Source of the DNA: Epithemia pelagica
Taxonomy: Eukaryota > Protista > Bacillariophyta
Direction of reading: 5' to 3'
Length of the DNA stretch: 64,000 nucleotides
Assembly (NCBI GenBank): GCA_946965045.2
Contig: OX337230.1
Coordinates: 1,736,001-1,800,000, forward strand
Part shown: in pieces, positions 32,701 to 44,399 of the stretch
Numbering within the stretch: position 1 is the first letter of the stretch
Layout: each line of letters opens with the position of its first letter
Made by a program: the position numbers and the translations under genes
Notes under the pieces: generated by a model
What the model was told of the DNA's origin: nothing
What the model saw: only the letters and a program-made list of their open reading frames with translations
Databases searched by the model: none

Positions 32701-35165
32701 TTGATCTCAGGGATTTTGAGTCAGACAAACTTGAGAAGTTTTCGTGTGATGCCTATGACGGCGAGGTTTTCCTGAAATCGTCTGTGGCTGATTACTTATA
32801 TAGGCCACATGATTTAGAGGGTGTGTGTCTTTATGACTTCCTCTGCAGTTATTCTGTTGGGCGTGCAACCTCTAAAAACCGTGGAATGGAGTGGGTAGCA
32901 GAGCATCCGTCGCGGGGTAATTTGGTGTTGAAAAAAAATAAGAAAGACAAAATTCCACTTGTTTCCTTTCTGGATTTTGTTGATACAAAATTTTTTGGGG
33001 ACAGGTCAATTGACAATGTTGATGCATCGGGAGATGTTGTTCTTGATTCTGGTTTGGCAGCCATGGAATCTTATGCAAAGAAGGCCTGCCTTCTTTTTTA
33101 CCCCTTTCGGCAGACAGGAGATCTTAGATCAGGGAACGGGAGATATCTGGGGAAATTCCAGCAGGGTTTGGCTGGTGGTATCATTTTAGAACAGCATTTG
33201 ACGGTTCTTTCAAACATACAAGACTGTCGTAATAGTCTTCATTGCGGGAGACCGAGCGATTCTCTAGAAAGAGTGACAGAGCAACCATCGCTTGTTGTTG
33301 GTGATGCAGGTGATTCTGAGGAAGAGTGCGAAACAGGAATCGACCCTGGCATGGAAGCAGTTTTTGATGAATTGATTTCGTGCCTGGATGTGAGTCGGCC
33401 GATGTTAAGAAACGCTGATGGATTGTTGGCAGTTGATAGCAGGTTTATTCGGTCATGTGGGACAAACAAATGTGGTGAAAACTTGGTGGTCTGTCCGGAG
33501 TTGCCTGACTCGTCGCCATCAGTGTTTCGTGTCAGTTCGGATGAGCAGGCAGACAGTACTACCTTTGTACAGCATGCAAGTGTGGATGAGGAGGTATTTG
33601 AATCAAGAAGAATCACTTATAGAAGTTTGCATGAACTGTCTGTCCGTTTTCGTGAGCGTGTGATGGGTGTAGATGCTAACAGTCACCTGCAGGCAACTGG
33701 GACATTGGAGAATATTCGGGCGTATGCAGATGTGTGTTTTGGATCTGATGTGGATCAAAAAAGAGCTTTTGAGTCAATAGTAGCTGCGTTTGTGCTGGAA
33801 TTATATAAGGAGGCAAATAGAACACAAGCAGCAGTCGACACCGAAGATGAACTGGAGGCAAACCACCAGAATACGAGGTTTCTTAGTTTACGCAAAAAAG
33901 AATTGGAAAAAGTGAATAGAGGTCATCAATACATCCCGTTCCTTTCTGGTGCAGGTGGTACGGGGAAAAGCCATGTTTTAAAATCGGTTGTCCGATATGC
34001 CAAGAGCATGTGCCGCAATTTGAGTGTTAAGTACGACAAGCGGACTATTGTTGTGACCGCGCTTACTGGTGCGGCTGCTGTTGGTATAAATGGTGAAACA
34101 ACCCATAATGCCTGTGCTATAAATCAAGAGGTTGATGGAGAGGTCGAGGAGTGGACAAATGCGTATATGTTGGTTGTGGACGGTGAACTGCTTTTAAGGT
34201 ATAGAGATATTGGGCCTGATGCAATAGATCTGGATAAATTGAATACACGTGTTGTTGGTAGTCCTGGGGGGCCACGAGAGAGCGACATACCGTCTACGGC
34301 AGATTATGCCACAAAGTCCAACATTGATCGTGCGGCTATTAACGATGCCATCTTTTGCAAACATTTGGCAGAAACACATTCAAAGGATCCGGAAAGGGAC
34401 CCCCCTTTGCATACGATTTGCGTTCGTGCGTCTGACTTGCGTTGGAAGAAGCCAAAGACGAGAAGGGACTATGTGGACTTTAATTCGGCCAGTAAAGACA
34501 TGTTATATGCGTATTGTGGTGAAGGACATGTTAAGAGTAAAGATAATAAGCATTACGACCCATTGTTGAAATTTTACTATGGTCGTCCATTGATGATTAA
34601 TGACAATATCGATGTTGAGAGGTGTGTTGCTAATGGGGCAATGTGCACTTTCCGTGAAGTTGTGTTGATGCCGGGAGTTACAGTTGGTGATATGGAGAAG
34701 ATATGTATTGATGGCTACTTTGTTTGGTGTGTTAGTGTGTCACAAGTTCGGGGTTTGAGAGTGACAATGCAAGATGGTGTTGAAGGTTTCGTAGTGAATT
34801 TGGAGGCTACAAAAGTTACAGCGACTGTTCAGTTTCTTCTGCCGGAATTTGGTAGGAATGTGAGGATTAAGAAGACTATGAGGCTGAAGCAGTTTCCGAT
34901 TAATGTATCAAATGCACGAACAGGACATAAATTGCAGGGAAGGTCGTTGCGTCATTTGGTGATTAGTTCATGGGACTATACGGATGATTGGGTGTATGTG
35001 TGTTTGTCTCGTTGTGCTACTTTGAATGGTTTGTTTTTGCGACAGCCGTTAAATTTGGACAAAACAAGAGGCATTTCGGAAGAGTGTGCGAGATTCTATG
35101 AGTTGTTCAGGGAGACTAAACAGCTACCAGAAAAGGTTGTTCTGTTTGAGGAGGAGAGGGGATAG
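29714..35165 (+). pseudogene. Helitron RepHel (HUH Rep endonuclease plus Pif1-family helicase) with a frameshift and an internal deletion
   Basis: PPRYAIVNGLSIG..P..L.DLNEVE, FPLQFPYGIGG, PSLLFTITP, GIFG...AVEEQGRKTLHAHFLLW (HUH), YMTCYVLK (two Tyr), Walker A GAGGTGKS, ALTGAAA, and C-terminal NARTGHKLQG / YVCLSR. One extra base near 31550 splits the ORF, and the sequence after Walker B VVD jumps straight to GELLLRYR. Confidence 0.9.
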
Positions 35166-35463
35166 TACTGCTTTTGATGTTTTTGGATTGACACCAGTCC
35201 ATTTCCGTCAAAAATTTGATTCGTGAGGCCCAGTTCTATCATCCGTCGGCCTTGCGTCGTTCCTTGTCCGTTCCAATCGATTGTTTGTGTACAAATCAAA
35301 CATGCATTGATGGTTTTGGATTGACAGTCCATTTCCGTCAGAAATTTGTGTCGTGAAGTCCGGTTCTATCATCCGTCATCAGACAGCCAAATCGGGCTTT
35401 CATTGGTCTCATAAATTCTGTGAGATAGATTTCTGTTGGGTTGTTGGTTAAATAGTCAAGATC

Positions 35464-36231
35464 ATGTGCCGTTATATTGAATTGTCCTTGGATAGTTGTG
35501 ATTCTGAGACAAGCGATAAGTCAGTGGAGTTTCAGGTTCAGGTTGGTCTGTCGGATCGCTGGCGGTTCAAGGGAGTGTGTCCACGGAACACACGGATGGC
35601 TGTGCTTCGCCAGAAGCTTGCTGATGCATTGGAAGTTGAGGCTTGTTTGATTGGGTTAGTCTGTTTCACGACAAATCGGGCGGTCAGTGGTCATGAATGT
35701 GTCGGTGACCAGTGCTGTGTGGGAGTTCGGTGGGCTGTGAATCCAAATGAGAGGAATGATACCTGGGGGTTCGAACGTGCAACACCAGATGACTTCGTGC
35801 TGCGTGATACCTACAATAGATATTTTTGTTGTGAGGCCAACGAGTATGTTGATCTGTTGAATGAGTGGGAGCGTGGGTATGATTGTTCCTTTCCGTCTGG
35901 TTGCGAATGGCCGGTCACGTTCCAAGAAAATGTGGTTAATTGGCTGTCTTGTCGTGTGGCTACGAATGCATTGTTAGGGGAGTTCACCGTCATTATTAAC
36001 TGTTATTGGAAGGTTCGCCATGTTAAAGCGGAGTTGTATAAGTTTTTGGGGGTCGATCCAACTTTTATGATTCTTAAAAAGTCGGGAGAGAGTGCGGAAT
36101 TAGATGACGATGCAGCGGTGATCCAAGAGATTTATGGAGAGAATTGTACGGCGGTTTTGCAGTTGTCCTTGGATGTTGAAATGATGGTCAAGTTGGTGGC
36201 AGAGCATCCATTGTTGTGTTTCTTTCGTTAA
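35464..36231 (+). CDS. Helitron cargo protein A', two putative ubiquitin-like domains; paralog of 24001..24789
   Basis: CRVATNALLGEFTVII..WKVRHVKAELYKFLGVDPTFMILKKSG..ELDDD follows the ubiquitin pattern [41 protein letters not shown].QLED. No terminal GG. Confidence 0.72.
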   Translation: MCRYIELSLDSCDSETSDKSVEFQVQVGLSDRWRFKGVCPRNTRMAVLRQKLADALEVEACLIGLVCFTTNRAVSGHECVGDQCCVGVRWAVNPNERNDTWGFERATPDDFVLRDTYNRYFCCEANEYVDLLNEWERGYDCSFPSGCEWPVTFQENVVNWLSCRVATNALLGEFTVIINCYWKVRHVKAELYKFLGVDPTFMILKKSGESAELDDDAAVIQEIYGENCTAVLQLSLDVEMMVKLVAEHPLLCFFR

Positions 36232-36799
36232 ATCGATTTGGTCATGTGAGCGGGTAGACAGGGGTCTTGAGTGTTGCTGTATGGTTTGGATGGCATAATG
36301 TTACTCTTGAAATTTAATTTATTCTACTAGTCATGATTGTTATGGAACTTTAGAGTCCCATCTCATAGTGGGTGGATTTCAGGTTGTTTTGATCTACTCT
36401 TTCCTCTTCTTGTTTTGACGTGGACCGACGTGGTGAGGTGGTTGTGATTTATTGTGGACGCCAGCCCCAGCCGTCATGGGAGGTATGGGTGGGTCAGGTT
36501 GGCGTGGTAGGTTATGAGCCCTTTTATGTTTGGGTGATCGTTGAACTCAGACGTTCTATCCCGAAGGGTACTGTCCTATGATGTGGAATAGGAGTAGTTG
36601 GTACCTCTAAGGTTAGCCTACCTATACCACGGGACATTCTGCTTCGTCGATTCTTGAGTCGCGAATTCAGTCACCCTAAATCGAGAATCTTCAATCTCGT
36701 CCACTAAAAAATGGCCAATGCATTATTCTAATCATCGACATTGACAAAGGTGACCCATCCAACCCACGCTAAGACAAGTAGAATAGAATTTCAATCTCC

Positions 36800-38368
36800 A
36801 TGATGAGTCTAGGCCGACTCACTCATCGACCAAGAGGGAAATCAATCTTTCCAGAAATGCCTCGTTCTTTTCGTGGTCCTGACAATCACCGAACAGCCGT
36901 TGAACTGCTCCACAGAAGATACGGCCTCCCCGACCCCACCAGAACTTGGTTTGGCTCGGTCTCGAAATCCACAAAATCGCGAACCCTTGCAGCAACCCTT
37001 CCCGTCCGTGGATCATTTCCAAGAAAGCGGGTAAATGGCCGTCGACAGTTTTCCAATGAGCTCCACCGTAAAGATCCAATGGACGTTGAAGCAAAAATGG
37101 AAGGGGTTGACAAAGATTTTCGTGTGGACCTGATTGAAGGACAACTGAAACAACTGATAAAAGACCCTTCGTCCATGGAAACATTTTCCAAACTACTAAC
37201 GTCGTCACAACGAAGAAGATTGGCCAAGTTGATTTCGGAACAACGTGCACACAACGCTTCTACGGCTACCGACGCTGTGAAGGAACCCAGTGCTCGAGAT
37301 TTGCGGCTGCTTATCTTGAACACATCTATTCCATTCATTGGATTTGGATTGATGGACAATGCTATTCTCATTCTTGCGGGAGATGCAATTGATCATCATT
37401 TGGGTGTCTTGTTGGGAATCTCTACATTGTGTGCCGCCGCGATAGGGAATATTGTATCGGATGTCGCCGGTGTCATGCTGGGGACAGCGATTGAAGATTT
37501 TTGTGGTGCTCGATACTTGAGTCTGCCTGTTCCTCATCTGACAACGGCGCAAAGACAATTGCGATCGGTGCGATTTGCCAATCAATTTGGCTGTGCCTTG
37601 GGATTGGTCATTGGCTGCGTCATTGGTATGTTCCCTTTGCTGCTTCTGGATTCAAACCGTGCTCAGGTTGAGAAAATGCAAGAGACGTTGGACAATATTT
37701 TTCGTCACGTTGTCAGTGAAACCAAGGAATTAGTCTGTGCTGAGAAAATCCGTCTTCACATCTTGGTACAAAGACACAGGTCCGAAGACAACATGACAGA
37801 TTCCAAGTTCCAAAATACTTTTTCATCGGGATGGGACAAGTCTGGACTGATTGTACCAACCACTGACGGCGATTTTCTGTATAACAAAGACTTGTCTCTG
37901 GATGGGACTGCCACTGGGAATTTAGCACACACCCCAGATACTTCTTCAGGCCCGAAAAAAGATGATCTGGTTGAAACATGGATTCCGGTAGGCCGAGGTA
38001 TAGTAAGCCAGACGGCCTTGACCGGAAAGGTCTTGAACATTGAGAACATAGAAGGTGAAGATGACTATCACCGCGATATATCTGGGATTGACAAAGATTT
38101 TGAACCTCGAAATATGCTCTGCGTCCCCGTCATGGACGGCGAAGGAAATACAATCGCGGTGCTACAAGCTCTCAACAAAGTTAACCATGAAAAAGGCACT
38201 GTATCCTCATTCACTGATCGTGATGTAAATGTTTTGCAAGCGCTGGCCAGTCATATCAGCGTTTCGCTACAAGAGCTATGCAGTGAAGCCTTGGAGAAAA
38301 CCAACGGGGAAGAGTCTTCTTTGAAACAGAAGATACAGGTGCTCAAAGAGTCGGGTTTCGGCGTTTGA
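36800..38368 (+). CDS. TMEM65-domain membrane protein fused to a C-terminal GAF domain
   Basis: PFIGFGLMDNAILILAGDAID...AAAIGNIVSDVAG is the TMEM65 signature; GRGIVSQTALTGKVLNI...RNMLCVPV...IAVLQALNK...FTDRD is a GAF signature. Confidence 0.85.
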   Translation: MMSLGRLTHRPRGKSIFPEMPRSFRGPDNHRTAVELLHRRYGLPDPTRTWFGSVSKSTKSRTLAATLPVRGSFPRKRVNGRRQFSNELHRKDPMDVEAKMEGVDKDFRVDLIEGQLKQLIKDPSSMETFSKLLTSSQRRRLAKLISEQRAHNASTATDAVKEPSARDLRLLILNTSIPFIGFGLMDNAILILAGDAIDHHLGVLLGISTLCAAAIGNIVSDVAGVMLGTAIEDFCGARYLSLPVPHLTTAQRQLRSVRFANQFGCALGLVIGCVIGMFPLLLLDSNRAQVEKMQETLDNIFRHVVSETKELVCAEKIRLHILVQRHRSEDNMTDSKFQNTFSSGWDKSGLIVPTTDGDFLYNKDLSLDGTATGNLAHTPDTSSGPKKDDLVETWIPVGRGIVSQTALTGKVLNIENIEGEDDYHRDISGIDKDFEPRNMLCVPVMDGEGNTIAVLQALNKVNHEKGTVSSFTDRDVNVLQALASHISVSLQELCSEALEKTNGEESSLKQKIQVLKESGFGV

Positions 38369-38736
38369 TCACAAGTATGGTCATTGGGAGTCGACTGGCT
38401 AGGGCAGTAAATCCGATGAGACTCAAGTTGAAACATCAGACAGAGAACCTGTGGTTTCCGTACTGCACATCCTCTTTCATGTAATGGACAGTGCAATCGT
38501 TTTTCCTAACTCCTCGAGCAATCATAGGTTCTGAAATGAAGAGAACTCCTGCAAGGCCAGTCTTGACTATAAATGGTGTAGTTTGGTCTCTATTGTGGAT
38601 CCATCTGTTGACTCCAGCTCTTAACCTATAACATAGACTACTCTGCTCTTGACATGTTTTTCTACTGAGCAAGAACTTCGAAACCATCCCCTTTCACCCA
38701 ATCATCTCGTACGACGGTCAAGCAGGATGTCCCACG

Positions 38737-41468
38737 TTAGCTGTCCAGGATTGCATCTAATTCACCGTCAACAGAATCTTGATTCTCATGGTTACCTGTA
38801 GCCGTCCATGGGTCCACACTTTTCAAAATAGCAGTGAGTTCAGGGTCGTCTCTGGTATTCGTGTCATCGTCATCATTTTCAGCCGGTGAAAATGTGATTT
38901 CTGCAGCTTGGTCATCATCAAGAATGGCAGCAAGTGCCGAGTCTTCCGCACTAGGGGTCATTTCCATTTTCGTGAGGGATTTCGTGGAAGGCGTGACAGA
39001 GATGGAGGTGGAAGCAGTTGCTCGCTGTGGTTTGGGAGTAGATGCTGCTTTGGGTGACGACAAAGTGCCGCTTTTGGAAATCTTAGGGGAAACCTTTGGC
39101 CTGGTAATGGGTCGGAAGGTCGATTGTCTTTGAGGGGAATGATACGTAGACTTAGGAACCGGCCTGGCTCGAAAAGTCTTCTTTTCGGAATCACCGCTCT
39201 TGTGATCGACCGCATTTTTCTTCGGTGTTTTCACCGAAAGGTGAAACTCTTCCCTTGACGAGTTCAGTGATCCAGACTCGTTCTTCGAAGCTTTCAGTGT
39301 GTTGGTTGAGGCCTTGACAGGAGTTGGCCTGGGCTTCGGTGACAATGCTGAGGGTTGGTATGTTGTAACTGGAACAGGTCTTGCGCGGAACATTGGACTT
39401 TTGTGCTCAGAATCCCTGTGATATTGTCGGCTCGGAGTCTCACCACCCTTTTTCTCAGGTCCATCTTGTTTCTTTGTTGATCTCATCGGTGATTTCTTTG
39501 TTGATCTCATCGGTGATACATATTGGGGCTTATGCGTCGATTTCGGCAGAGGACGGGCGTGGAAAGTGAACACATGTTCACCGTCCTGTCCAGGGTGATT
39601 GCTAGCCTTTGACATTGTATGAGTCGATATTGAGGGTGACATGACGGAGGACGTGTCCCTGGGTGAAGTCATATGCGGAACCATTTCAGGCTTGTATGTC
39701 GTTTTTGGCAATGGCCGCGCCCGAAAACTACTTTCTTCACTCCTGGACGCAGGAGCTGCTCGCTGCCGCTTTTGTTCGCTCAATGTTTCTCTTGTTGAGA
39801 TTCGCTTCGGCGAATACGTTGTCGACGGCAACGGTCGCGACTTGTAGTGGAATTCAGCTTCCTCTTTCTCACGTTTTTCTACTTCTTTCTTTTTCAGCTC
39901 ATCTAGTTTTTGCTGCCCAGTTGCCTTTATGTTTCGCAACGAGTCCTCATACCTTGGCGAGAAAGAGGGCGATTTATATGTTGTTGGGGGAACAGGACGA
40001 GAACGGAACGCCTCTGCGTTGCCGTCTTCATGTTCCATTTTTTTAAGTTCTTCCAGCTTTTTTTCACGCGTCAGAGCAGCATCCTCCATTGCTTTTTTCT
40101 CAAGCTCAGGTGAGATAGGCTTGGGTTCGTATGTGGTTGGGGGAGCAGGGCGAGGCTTGTAATGAAATTCGGCCTCTTCGCGCGATTTCTCTTCTTCTCT
40201 CTTTCTCTGTTCTTCTAATTTTATTTCTTTCAGTTCTTCGGCGCGGCGAAGTGCTTCCTCTTCACGCGCTGAGTCTGTAATGGGCTTTGATTCGTAAGTC
40301 GTTTTCGGCACTGGGCGTGAATGAAACTCTGCTTCCTTTTCTTTTTCAAGTTTTTTCCTCTCTTCCACCTTCTGTTTGTGAAGCTGCTCGAACCGACGCA
40401 TGGACTCCGATTTCGCCTGAAAACTAGATATCGGAACATGTTTGTACGTTGTCTGAGGAACAGGGCGAGAATGGAACTCCTGAAGCTTGAGTTCGTCCTC
40501 TTTCTCTTTTTCTTTTTCCTCCTGGAGACGTTGGTTAAGCTTGGCTTGGTAAGCTTCATGACGTGTCGAGGATCGCAATTCAAACGGATCGGCTATGGTA
40601 ATTCTCCTCTTGTTGCTGTTTGCCTTGGTCGGAGGAGATGGGCTTTTGAATTTGTAATCACGAGCGCGGAACGACACGGTCATGAGTTTCCGCTCCTTCT
40701 CTTCTTCCGATCGTTTCTCTTCCAGCTTTAATTGTGACTCTTCCCATCTCTTTTGACCACCGAAAGAGAAGGGATGTGAAGGTGTAGAGACTGGCTTTGA
40801 ATTATTTGATCGGGCTATTTCTGCCTCGTGCTTCTGCCGCTTGAAAGCTTCAAGTTGCATTGCTTTTTCCTTTCTCGCACGTTCGGCATGTTCACTAAAT
40901 ACATCAGCTTTGGCAAGGCGATCCTTCGATCGGGCAGCTGTTTGAAGTTTCGGCGGAGAGGAACGCTTCAAAAGAACCGATGCCCGATTTCGTTTCTCTA
41001 AGGATGGGGGAGGAGAGGGATGGTGTGTTGTCTTGGGCACAGGGCGTGCCTTGAACGGCTTATACTCTGGGAAATTGTAAAGAACTCGTGAAATGAATGG
41101 TACAATCCCAAAAAGCAGCAACAAGGCAACATTTGTTCGAGATACTTGAACTTACCAACGCTGGATGTCGTTTTTGAGGGGGTCCGCCAGGTCGGAAGCT
41201 GCGGCCGATTCGGGCTCAATCCTGAAGACCGTGAAGAGTGGGAGGAAGGCAATACGTGCCGAGGTGATTGTCCATTTTTCGACTCAGGTGGGTCACTTGT
41301 CGTGTTCTGATTGGTTTTTCCATTTTCTGCAGGGTTGGGCTCCAAAGTAATGGAATCAAGCAGATGCGATAAGAGTTCGACGTCGTCCTTGGAACCACTT
41401 GTCATGCTGGTCGTATGCGTTGCAGACACCGATTGATTGGTCAGGGATTCGTTGATGGAAGCAAGCAT
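38737..41468 (-). CDS. TPX2-like repeat protein, putative microtubule-associated; join complement(38737..41066,41156..41468)
   Basis: About ten F/Y-x-[AS]-R-P-x-P-x-T-T-Y repeats alternating with E/K coiled coils; a GTAAG...CCCAG intron 41067-41155 joins the exons in frame. Confidence 0.72.
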
Positions 41469-42159
41469 GCGTCAAAGCCCGAACACTATCCTCTCTAGAG
41501 ATCCTTTCTCAGAGCCATAGACCAAGGGTATAATCCAAGTTCCGTTCGCTGCTGAGCCCGGTTAGGAGAAGCTGCCACCGTCAGCCCGCAATCTTAACGT
41601 GCCTCTCCCTCAATCTGGGCTTTGTCGGTTGTGCACGACGAACCGCCGAAAAACAAAGGTTGTCTTCCCGTTGCGGTGGCAATTCCTGTGTTGTTCATAT
41701 GAATGAGACTGCATAAAATCCCAATCCACATCGCTAGGCACCCCCAAATCCAAACAGTACCCGCACCCGATAATCTGGTGCCTTCACGCTGTTCTCGTTG
41801 CGAATCGTCAATGCTATTCGCGACTCATTTATCTCGAACAATAATTATTCCCCAGCGGTGAAGAGTTTGTGACCGGAATTCCTCCTGGTTACATTGATGG
41901 TGATTCTCAAAAATCATTCTGAAGTCAAGTCGCCTCCGCTGGGGAATCCTCTGGGATGGCACCCCCCCCCCAAAGCCAAAGATTCTCTTGGATGATGGAC
42001 GATGGGGCGTATCATTCGAGAATCTCCCTCCATTTCAGGAAGTCATTATTTTTTTGTGGCATCTTCCCAATCTTGCGATTTTGTCACAAAACAGTTTCGA
42101 CGACGCTCTGTCCATTGACTACTAGGAGTATATACAGCCTGTAGAAGACTTTGACCACC

Positions 42160-43949
42160 ATGTCGGACTCTGCTCTGAAATCCTCGGTTCAAGCAATGAA
42201 CCAAAGTGAGCCATTTGATGTCACAATCATTTGTACGACCGACGATCACCAAGCATCCTACTGGATGGAACGATTGGCCAAGGGGGTTTGCGCAAGTGAC
42301 AACTCTGGCACCTACCCGATTGTTTTGGCTGTCTCGGAGGACTGGGGAGGCTCGGGTGCAGGGAATGGGTTGGGAACGCTGTACGCAACGCAAAAGGCCG
42401 CGAAATTGGCAAAGGAAATGTACAACGTTGATTTGATGGATGCATTGGAAAAGAAGGAAGTTTCAGCTGCTTTGTTCCACACCGCGGGCAAGGGAACGCG
42501 GTTGGCACCTCTTCCAGCTGGAGAGAACAACAACAAACCTGGAGTGGTGAGTACTCTCAGCTGAATGCGATGGACTGGTTGCCCGTCCTGTTCATCACCC
42601 GTCTCACTTTCGTTGTTTGTACTTCGTTTCTTCCTTCCTTTCTAGAAACTGCCGTTTGGGCTAAAAACCAAAGACGGGAAGTTTCAGAGCCTCACAGTTC
42701 TGGAAGCTGTTGTAAAGCAGACTGGTATTTATGCAAGTAGTCGAAAAGGCCGTCTATCTGTTTTTTGGGGTGACCAAGTCTTCTTACCTTCAGCACCTTT
42801 CCAATACACACCTACGCATCACGTGGACATTCTCTGCACCCTTTTTGGCGATAAGGCACCCACTGCTGAGGAATGGACAGAGCAGGGCCTAGACAAGTAC
42901 GGTGTCATTGCCTGTTTGGAAACGTCAGACCCCAATCGTTTAGATGCTGCTCAAGTGGAGAAAGTCTCTCATGAGACGGCCACAGAAATGCTTGGCAAGT
43001 TGGGTACGCTACGGTAGGTGGCATGAAAGAATCACTACCACTTCTTGAAAGATGCCCTATAGTCAAACTCAATCGTTGTTTCTTTCGTTTCAGGCAAGTC
43101 GGCCCGAGTTTGGGTTCATTTTCTGTCTCTGCAGCCATTCTAACAGCGTTGACGAAAGAATTCGAAACGGAACTTAACGAGAAGACGGCAAAATTCGATA
43201 CCGATCCGCACTTTTGGATGCCGTTGACATTATCCGAGGATGACTACGTAAAACTCATGGAGCAAAAAGGCACCGACGCAGCTGTTTCTAAGTCACATCA
43301 CGAACGTATGAGTAAGATGAAAGCCTCATTTGATCTTGGAGAGTACGGACTTTTTGGTGCTGTCGACGTGGGCAAAGAAGCTTGTTGGTGGGACTATGGA
43401 CAACTCAAGTTGTATTCCAAGAACTCGCTGCTTCTACTTGAAAAATCTCTCTCTGCAGATCTCTTGCGTCAGTTTTTGGGAGTTGAATCGCACTTGGTGG
43501 ATTGCAGTGTTGATGGTGTTAGCATTGATGATATTTCCTATGCCTTCGACACTCAAGCGAAATCTGGAAGTGTTCAAAAATCAACTGTTGCTGGAGTTCG
43601 AGCTGTCGAACTTTCCCTCGATGGAGCCATTGTTGTCAACTGTGCTGCAAAGAAGATTTCCGCCGGCCCAGGCGCAATTCTATACAACATTATTGATGAG
43701 AGTGATGAAGGCATCGTGGCAAGTGCCGGTGAAGTCATGGTTGCTGTTGCGGAAGAAGATGGCTCATCCAATGTGTTGAAAAGTCGCATGGACATTGACG
43801 GGGGCAAGGCGTGGAAGCAAGTCTTGGAAGGTGTGAACAGCGTCTCTTTCGAAGATGTTCACAAAAAGAACAAAATGGCCAACATTGTTGCCATTCAAGC
43901 AAAGCGCAAGGAGCTCTATGACAAGGTCACTTCTTCCATGGGCTTGTAA
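42160..43949 (+). CDS. Sugar-phosphate nucleotidyltransferase-like protein; join(42160..42546,42646..43013,43094..43949)
   Basis: FHTAGKGTRLAPL (GxGTRL motif), FWGDQ, WWDYG, and a C-terminal beta-helix-like V/I/S-rich segment. Two GT-AG introns give a continuous frame. Confidence 0.75.
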
Positions 43950-44399
43950 ACGGTATTGATTCCAAGATTGCCTGTAGACTTGTTTTTGACAGATTCATTT
44001 ATAGGGGCAAGTCCCCTGGGACCTGGGAGATCGTGTCAACAGTTGGCCGCCATGACACTTCATATAGAGGTAGCCTCAGCATCATCCAAACACTCCTGAA
44101 CTCTCCCTCACAGCCATAACATACCTAGCCCCTTTCTCGCTTTGTACAATAATCCCATCTTCTGGAAAAGACATGCCAATGCCAGCTACTCTAAAGTCCA
44201 AAGGAGAAGACAACGGCCGACACTCATGGCCTCATCATGCCTCTCTAACTAGAGGCCGAGCTACCTACCTCCGTGGTAGGGATTGCGCATTTGGGGGGCG
44301 CGAGGAATCTCGCCGAACCTTCGAATTCGTCCACATTCGCTTTTTTTTCAACGTCCTCCGACTTCCAACACATCAAACACGCAGTCTCAATCAACGTCC

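Noticed and set aside
36570-36615. TCCTAT/ATAGGA hairpin followed by CTAA as the Helitron 3' end
   Set aside because: AT-rich 6-bp stem, atypical spacing and no following T; the terminus cannot be fixed from one copy.
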